Origin: Candidatus Heimdallarchaeota archaeon
Lineage (GTDB): Archaea; Asgardarchaeota; Heimdallarchaeia; Heimdallarchaeales; Heimdallarchaeaceae
Direction: 5' to 3'
Assembly: GCA_030603365.1 (NCBI GenBank)
Contig: JAUVXV010000005.1
Coordinates: forward strand, 96,001 to 160,000
DNA: 64,000 nucleotides
A program made the position numbers and the translations under genes. The notes below the pieces were generated by a model. It was not told where the DNA came from. It searched no databases and saw only the letters and a program-made list of their open reading frames with translations. Positions 58,945 to 64,000 of this stretch are shown piece by piece; within the stretch, counting starts at the first letter, position 1, and each line of letters opens with the position of its first letter.

Positions 58945-59760
58945 ATGTTTCAGAGAAAAACATACTTGATTCTTCTAATACTTAGTCTTCCAATTCTAAT
59001 AATTATATCTGAACAAAGGTTTTCAGATGTTGTAGGAAGTACAAACGACAATTCTGAGACATCCTTAATCCAGGCAACAGCATCAGATTTCACCGTTCAA
59101 GATGTTGGGTCAGGAAAAACATACTCGCTTAGCGATTTTCGTGGAACTGTAGTTGTTCTAGATTTATTCGCTACATGGTGTCCTCCATGTCAGCTCTCTA
59201 TCCCCTTTTTACGGGAGCTATACTCTCAATATACTCAAAGTGAACTTAGAATTATATCTGTAGATGTTGATAGTTCAGAATCTCAATCTACTGTCTCCCA
59301 ATTCCGTCAAGAAGAAAATATGGACTGGATAGTAAGCCTAGATTCAGGAGGTTCAATAAACAGTGTTTACGGTTCTGGTTCAATACCTACTTTTTATATC
59401 ATTGACCAAGAAGGTTCAATCATTTGGTCAGACTCTGGTTTTTCAAATGAAGAAACAAAACCCAAAATGCAAACTACAATTGAAACATTATTAGCTGATG
59501 GTTCTGATTCAATCAATCCTGGATCAACCGAAACACCAAGAGGACTAATAATCTTCGCTGAAGTTACAGGGGGTCTAGCAATAGCAGTTGCAGTAATTTT
59601 TGGATATTATAAGATAAAAAATCGAATAAAAACTAAGATGTGTCCTACATGTAGCAATGTTGCTAGTTCAAAATGTTCAAAATGTGGGATATTTACTTGT
59701 GCAAATTGTTCAACAAAAGGTTGTAAAAACTGTGGAAGTAGACAATTTATTAGATTATGA
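58945..59760 (+). CDS. TlpA-like thioredoxin + TM + C-terminal Cys8 zinc finger
   Basis: FATWCPPC, IPTF; TM; CPTC/CSKC/CANC/CKNC; ATG at 58945. Confidence 0.82.
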   Translation: MFQRKTYLILLILSLPILIIISEQRFSDVVGSTNDNSETSLIQATASDFTVQDVGSGKTYSLSDFRGTVVVLDLFATWCPPCQLSIPFLRELYSQYTQSELRIISVDVDSSESQSTVSQFRQEENMDWIVSLDSGGSINSVYGSGSIPTFYIIDQEGSIIWSDSGFSNEETKPKMQTTIETLLADGSDSINPGSTETPRGLIIFAEVTGGLAIAVAVIFGYYKIKNRIKTKMCPTCSNVASSKCSKCGIFTCANCSTKGCKNCGSRQFIRL

Positions 59761-59842
59761 TATTCGCATATATTCAAGTTACACCTATCTTAATATGGTT
59801 TAATCCAAAATACTTTAAGTTGTAGAATATCTCATATAATCA

Positions 59843-61081
59843 ATGTCTTATGCAAAGGAAACAAGAAGATCTATCCTAGTGGTTATTGCAGTAGTCAGTT
59901 TGCTTATCGTGCTAAAATTAGTTTTTGGAATAATCTCCAAATCTTCTGCTTTAATCTCAGATGCTGTTCATTCTACTACTGATCTGATTGTGGCTTTAGC
60001 TTCATTAATAGGGTTGTATTTTGCTAATAGACCTCCTACTAAAAAATTTAGTTATGGTTATTATAAAGTAGAAAATCTTACAACTTTATTAATCTCAATT
60101 GTTATTCTTGGTTCCTCTGGAGAGTTAATATATGAAGGAATAAAGCGATTATTTGAAACACCAGTTTTAGTAATACCTTATGTTGCTATGGGTGTAGCTC
60201 TCTTTTCTTCATTAAGTTCTTTGATTCTAGGATATTATTTGAGGAAAGTTGCTAAAAAAACTAAATCTACAACTATTGAAGCAAATGCTAAAGATAAACT
60301 ATTAGACACACTGACTTCTCTGATTGTGTTTTCTTCGATATTAGCTAGCTTCTTTGAGGTGAAGTATTTCGAAGGAATCGTAACAATTGTTATCTCACTT
60401 ATGGCAATAAAAATAGGTATAGAAATTGGTAAGGAATCTCTCTTCTCTTTGCTGGATAAAAGTGATGTGAAATTAGAACAAGAGGTTGGAGAGATGATAA
60501 ATAAGACCGCTGGGGTTATAAATTTCGCTAGATTAAGAATAAGAAAATCAGGCTCTTACTATCTGGGAGATTGTGAAATAAGAGTACAAAAAGAATTAAG
60601 TATTGATGAAGCACACGAAATCTCTGAAAAAGTTAAAGCTAAGATATTAACAGAAGATTTGAACATCATTACTTTTGTAGTCCATGTTGAACCAGAACAA
60701 AGGGAAGAGAGAAGAATTATTTTACCAGTATTTGAAAATCAAGGATTAGAATCCGTTGTCTTCAAGCAATTTGGTCGTGCTCCTAAATTACTATTGGTAA
60801 ATGTAAATATACAAAGTAAAAGTATTGGATTAATTGAAGAGATTAAGAATCCATTCTTGAAACAAGAATCTCATGCAGGATTAGCTTTTACAAAATTAGT
60901 GCTAAAGAAAGATATTAACACACTAATTACAAAAGAAATAGGAGAGATAACTTTCTATAAATTAAAAGGGGAGCATATAGAAGTGTATAGAGCAGATTGT
61001 GATAATATTAAAGATTGCTTAGAAAAATTGTTTCATAATAAACTAGAAACTATACAAACGCCCACTAAAGAAAAAATATAG
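59843..61081 (+). CDS. Cation diffusion facilitator fused to NifB/NifX-like domain
   Basis: SALISDAVHS..D, FSYGYYKVE, AHEISE, VHVEP; C-terminal QFGRAP...IKNP...EIG. Confidence 0.88.
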   Translation: MSYAKETRRSILVVIAVVSLLIVLKLVFGIISKSSALISDAVHSTTDLIVALASLIGLYFANRPPTKKFSYGYYKVENLTTLLISIVILGSSGELIYEGIKRLFETPVLVIPYVAMGVALFSSLSSLILGYYLRKVAKKTKSTTIEANAKDKLLDTLTSLIVFSSILASFFEVKYFEGIVTIVISLMAIKIGIEIGKESLFSLLDKSDVKLEQEVGEMINKTAGVINFARLRIRKSGSYYLGDCEIRVQKELSIDEAHEISEKVKAKILTEDLNIITFVVHVEPEQREERRIILPVFENQGLESVVFKQFGRAPKLLLVNVNIQSKSIGLIEEIKNPFLKQESHAGLAFTKLVLKKDINTLITKEIGEITFYKLKGEHIEVYRADCDNIKDCLEKLFHNKLETIQTPTKEKI

Positions 61082-61341
61082 CATAATCATCTCTAAATTA
61101 CTCATAGAGTATATCTAATATCGAAATTCGTAAGGATTACTTTCTAATGCCTGTCAGATAAGAATATTGCAGTTCTAGGAGAGGTATGGTTGATAAAAGA
61201 ACTTCTTTATATGAAGAATAGAATTTAAAAACTCTTTTGAATAAGAATATGTATTGTAAAAAGAATCTTCTTATAGAAAAGGAAGAACTAGTATTAAATA
61301 TTATATGATTGAAATGAAAAATATAAATAGAGGTAACAGCT

Positions 61342-63024
61342 TTGTCTGAAACTATTCAAAAGCAATTATTGAGAATTGAGAAATTAATAGTTACGGGGGA
61401 TTATCAAAAGGGATTAGAATTAATAGAAGAAAATCTCAAAGGATATGAAATTGATGAAGATAACCAACTTCGATTATTAAACTTCAAGGGTCACATTCAG
61501 AATAAGTTAGGAAATTATAAAGATGCTTTTGAGATAGCAGAAAATATTTTGAAAAGAAAGCAAGAAGATAAAAATTCGTTAATATATCTAGATGCGCTTA
61601 GTTTGAAAGCATTTACATCTTTTATACTTAATAAGGTAAAACAATCGTTTCTACTAATTGAAGAGTGCTTTCAATTAATAACCAAAATCTCTAATGTTGA
61701 TAAAAAGGAGTTAACTAAAAGAAAAAGCTATGTTTATGGTATAAAGGGGACCCAAGCTGGATCTTTAGGGGATTATACAGAAGGAATAGAGAATTTACAA
61801 TTAGCAATCAAATATGCAAAAGAAGTTGATTATAAAGATCGAGAAGCATTTTATTCTTCTCAACTAGCAATGACACTTTTCTATCAAAACAAACTGGAAG
61901 AAGCTGAAGAAATACTTGAAAAAGCACTAGAATTAGCTCAATCAATCAATAATAAGCACGAAATAGCTTTTGCTTATAATAGATATGGCGTATTAAAATC
62001 AGCAAGATTCAATCATAATGATGCTCTCGAATATTACTTTAAATCTGAATCTCTCCTAAAAGAACTTGGTTCAACATTTCTTTTCTCAGTGTTATATGTT
62101 AATATAGCAGACGTGTACTTGAGTAGATATCAGCTTGATGAAGCTTTAGAGTACGCTAAGAAAGCATTGGAATTTGGTTTTTTAGAGTATCTAATGTATG
62201 GAATTATTGGAGAAATCTACCTCTGGAAAAATGAATTTGAGAAAGCAGAAGAAAATCTGCTAAAAGCAATGAAATTATGTGTCAAAGCAGCTGATACTCG
62301 AGTTATTCCAAAAATGTTGTATAATCTAGTTATTTTAGCAGTTGAAAGGAAAGAAGAAACAAAGGCACAAGATTATTTGAAACAACTTGAGGATTTAGCT
62401 AAGAAGAGAGAATATGAATATTTAGAAGGTTACTATTATTTTGCTCTAACTATTTATTATAAATCAAGTTCAGATATAGATGACTGGGGAAAAGCAAAAA
62501 GAATATTGAAAGAACTTTTAAAAGATAAGAAATTACCTGATTACTTAAGGACTGATGCTCTCTTTAGTTTACTTGAAATTCGATTAATGGAATTACAAAT
62601 TACTGCAAGTAAAGAAACATTAGAACAAGTTCTTCAACAGATTTTAGAACTGCAGAATGAAGCGGAAGATAAACGTCTTTATTGGGTTCTTGTAGAACTC
62701 TATTACTTAAGATCTCAGGTTGCTTTACTTGAATTAAATGTAAAAAAATCATTAGAGTTATTAACTACTGCTAGTATAATAGCTGAAGATAAAGGTCTCA
62801 AATTTCTAATGCAGAAAATAGAAAAAGAACGGAAGAAAGTTGAAAGTCAGATTGAAATGTGGAATAGGTTCCAAGAACAAAATACGCCCTTAACAGAAAC
62901 ATTGAAGGAAATTCAATTGGAAAACACAAGAAAAGATATAGTAAGAGAAACAATAATGGAAGTAAGGGACAAAAATACAGGTGAAATTAAAGAATATCGG
63001 AAATTATTTTCTATTAAGATATAA
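61342..63024 (+). CDS. TPR protein
   Basis: Repeated A...L.KAL.LA helical repeats. Confidence 0.8.
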   Translation: MSETIQKQLLRIEKLIVTGDYQKGLELIEENLKGYEIDEDNQLRLLNFKGHIQNKLGNYKDAFEIAENILKRKQEDKNSLIYLDALSLKAFTSFILNKVKQSFLLIEECFQLITKISNVDKKELTKRKSYVYGIKGTQAGSLGDYTEGIENLQLAIKYAKEVDYKDREAFYSSQLAMTLFYQNKLEEAEEILEKALELAQSINNKHEIAFAYNRYGVLKSARFNHNDALEYYFKSESLLKELGSTFLFSVLYVNIADVYLSRYQLDEALEYAKKALEFGFLEYLMYGIIGEIYLWKNEFEKAEENLLKAMKLCVKAADTRVIPKMLYNLVILAVERKEETKAQDYLKQLEDLAKKREYEYLEGYYYFALTIYYKSSSDIDDWGKAKRILKELLKDKKLPDYLRTDALFSLLEIRLMELQITASKETLEQVLQQILELQNEAEDKRLYWVLVELYYLRSQVALLELNVKKSLELLTTASIIAEDKGLKFLMQKIEKERKKVESQIEMWNRFQEQNTPLTETLKEIQLENTRKDIVRETIMEVRDKNTGEIKEYRKLFSIKI

Positions 63025-63110
63025 CAAAGTGGGCGAGCTAAAAGTCTATTAGCTCCTATAATAAGAAGAAAAAAAAGATGAGAGTTTGATTACTCTTTCT
63101 TTAATAATTA

Positions 63111-64000
63111 TTAAACAACTTCTTCATTATCTGACACTCGTTCTTTAATTATCTTTAATTCTGCAAGAATTTCAGAATAGAGATTGCGAATTGGTAAAGG
63201 TGAATTTGAAATAAATGAATGTTCTTTTAGATATCTAGGCGGATCAAGTAATCGAACAAGATTTAGTATCTCTTCCAGTAATTTGTGCGGATAATATATT
63301 CCAACAATCTTGCCCTCTGGATTATTAGATTTACTTTCCCCTGCTGTTTGGATTAATATAGTTGATATTCCAAAAAATCTATCTAGCGGACCTCGTTTAA
63401 TTAGAAGATTGGTAATTGTCCTAAAAGGAATTATTGTTTTTGTTCTGGTAATAACACCTCTTCTGATAACGAACTCGGTATCAAGAATTTCATATTCCAG
63501 TATTTTAAAATAATAATGCATTAAAATGATTGAAAGTACAGCTATAGTTCCGAAGATTACCAAACCAAGACCAATGAAAATCAAAATTCTATTTACTGCA
63601 CTCAATTGAGAGAATAATAGTGAATTAAGTGTTTTTGAAAAACCGAACAGAAATGACCATATGATCATTATTGTAACAAAAACTCCTATTATAGAGATGA
63701 ACCACTTCTTTTTTGTTTCCTCTGCTGGATGAATTTTCTTTATCGACAAGTTTTCAAATAATGATTTTAACTCAATTACTTCTTGTTTATCATCTTTCAA
63801 TGATTGAATCTGTTTGAGTAGATCTATTGACTTCTTCCCGATTGATGTTAATCTATATGCTTTTTCGTCTTTCTTGTCAATTAAACCAGTTAATTGTCTA
63901 AGATGAAAATTAAGTTTACCAGTTGATAATTTCAATTCTCGTAATAAATCTGAGTAGGTTAGAAAAGAATAATCCTCTATAAGGTACAATATCTTTCTTC
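63111..64000 (-). CDS. wHTH + 2 TM + bacterial PH (bPH_2) domain protein, 5' end beyond window
   Basis: LTYSDLLRELKLSTGKLNFHLRQL; IRRGVITR...IPFRTITN...GPLDRFFGI..I.IQTAG. Confidence 0.75.
   Translation of the reverse strand, partial: RKILYLIEDYSFLTYSDLLRELKLSTGKLNFHLRQLTGLIDKKDEKAYRLTSIGKKSIDLLKQIQSLKDDKQEVIELKSLFENLSIKKIHPAEETKKKWFISIIGVFVTIMIIWSFLFGFSKTLNSLLFSQLSAVNRILIFIGLGLVIFGTIAVLSIILMHYYFKILEYEILDTEFVIRRGVITRTKTIIPFRTITNLLIKRGPLDRFFGISTILIQTAGESKSNNPEGKIVGIYYPHKLLEEILNLVRLLDPPRYLKEHSFISNSPLPIRNLYSEILAELKIIKERVSDNEEVV

Overview
AT-rich, gene-dense archaeal chromosome segment, most consistent with an Asgard archaeon (Heimdallarchaeia-like). The evidence is a Rab-like small GTPase without a prenylation motif, longin-type domains fused to 7TM or TPR modules, three RING-finger proteins, many membrane Zn-ribbon proteins, and many surface proteins ending in a TM helix plus basic tail. 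Metabolic content includes a glycogen cluster (GH57 x2, GlgA, GalT-like, degenerate phosphohexomutase), an FGGY kinase with a dehydrogenase-aldolase fusion, ComDE-like decarboxylase genes followed by a MoaD-like gene, ThrC, two LLM oxidoreductases and an extracytoplasmic thiol-disulfide set (TlpA x4, CcdA fusion, VKOR). No rRNA, tRNA, CRISPR array or transposase was recognised. The best candidate for an undescribed system is at 1.1-5.8 kb. It has a 75-aa secreted or membrane prepropeptide with tandem EDVPIGYSPGGAGPV cores, a ~300-nt structured RNA between that gene and a double Lrp-type regulator, further hairpin RNAs carrying complements of the peptide's Shine-Dalgarno, a wHTH/membrane gene pair, and a 7TM-longin receptor-like protein. 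Together these may form a peptide signalling (pheromone/quorum-like) module with RNA-level control; this reading is inference. A second unexplained ~290-nt structured RNA lies at 17.07-17.35 kb. All calls are from motif reading by eye; no searches or folding programs were run.
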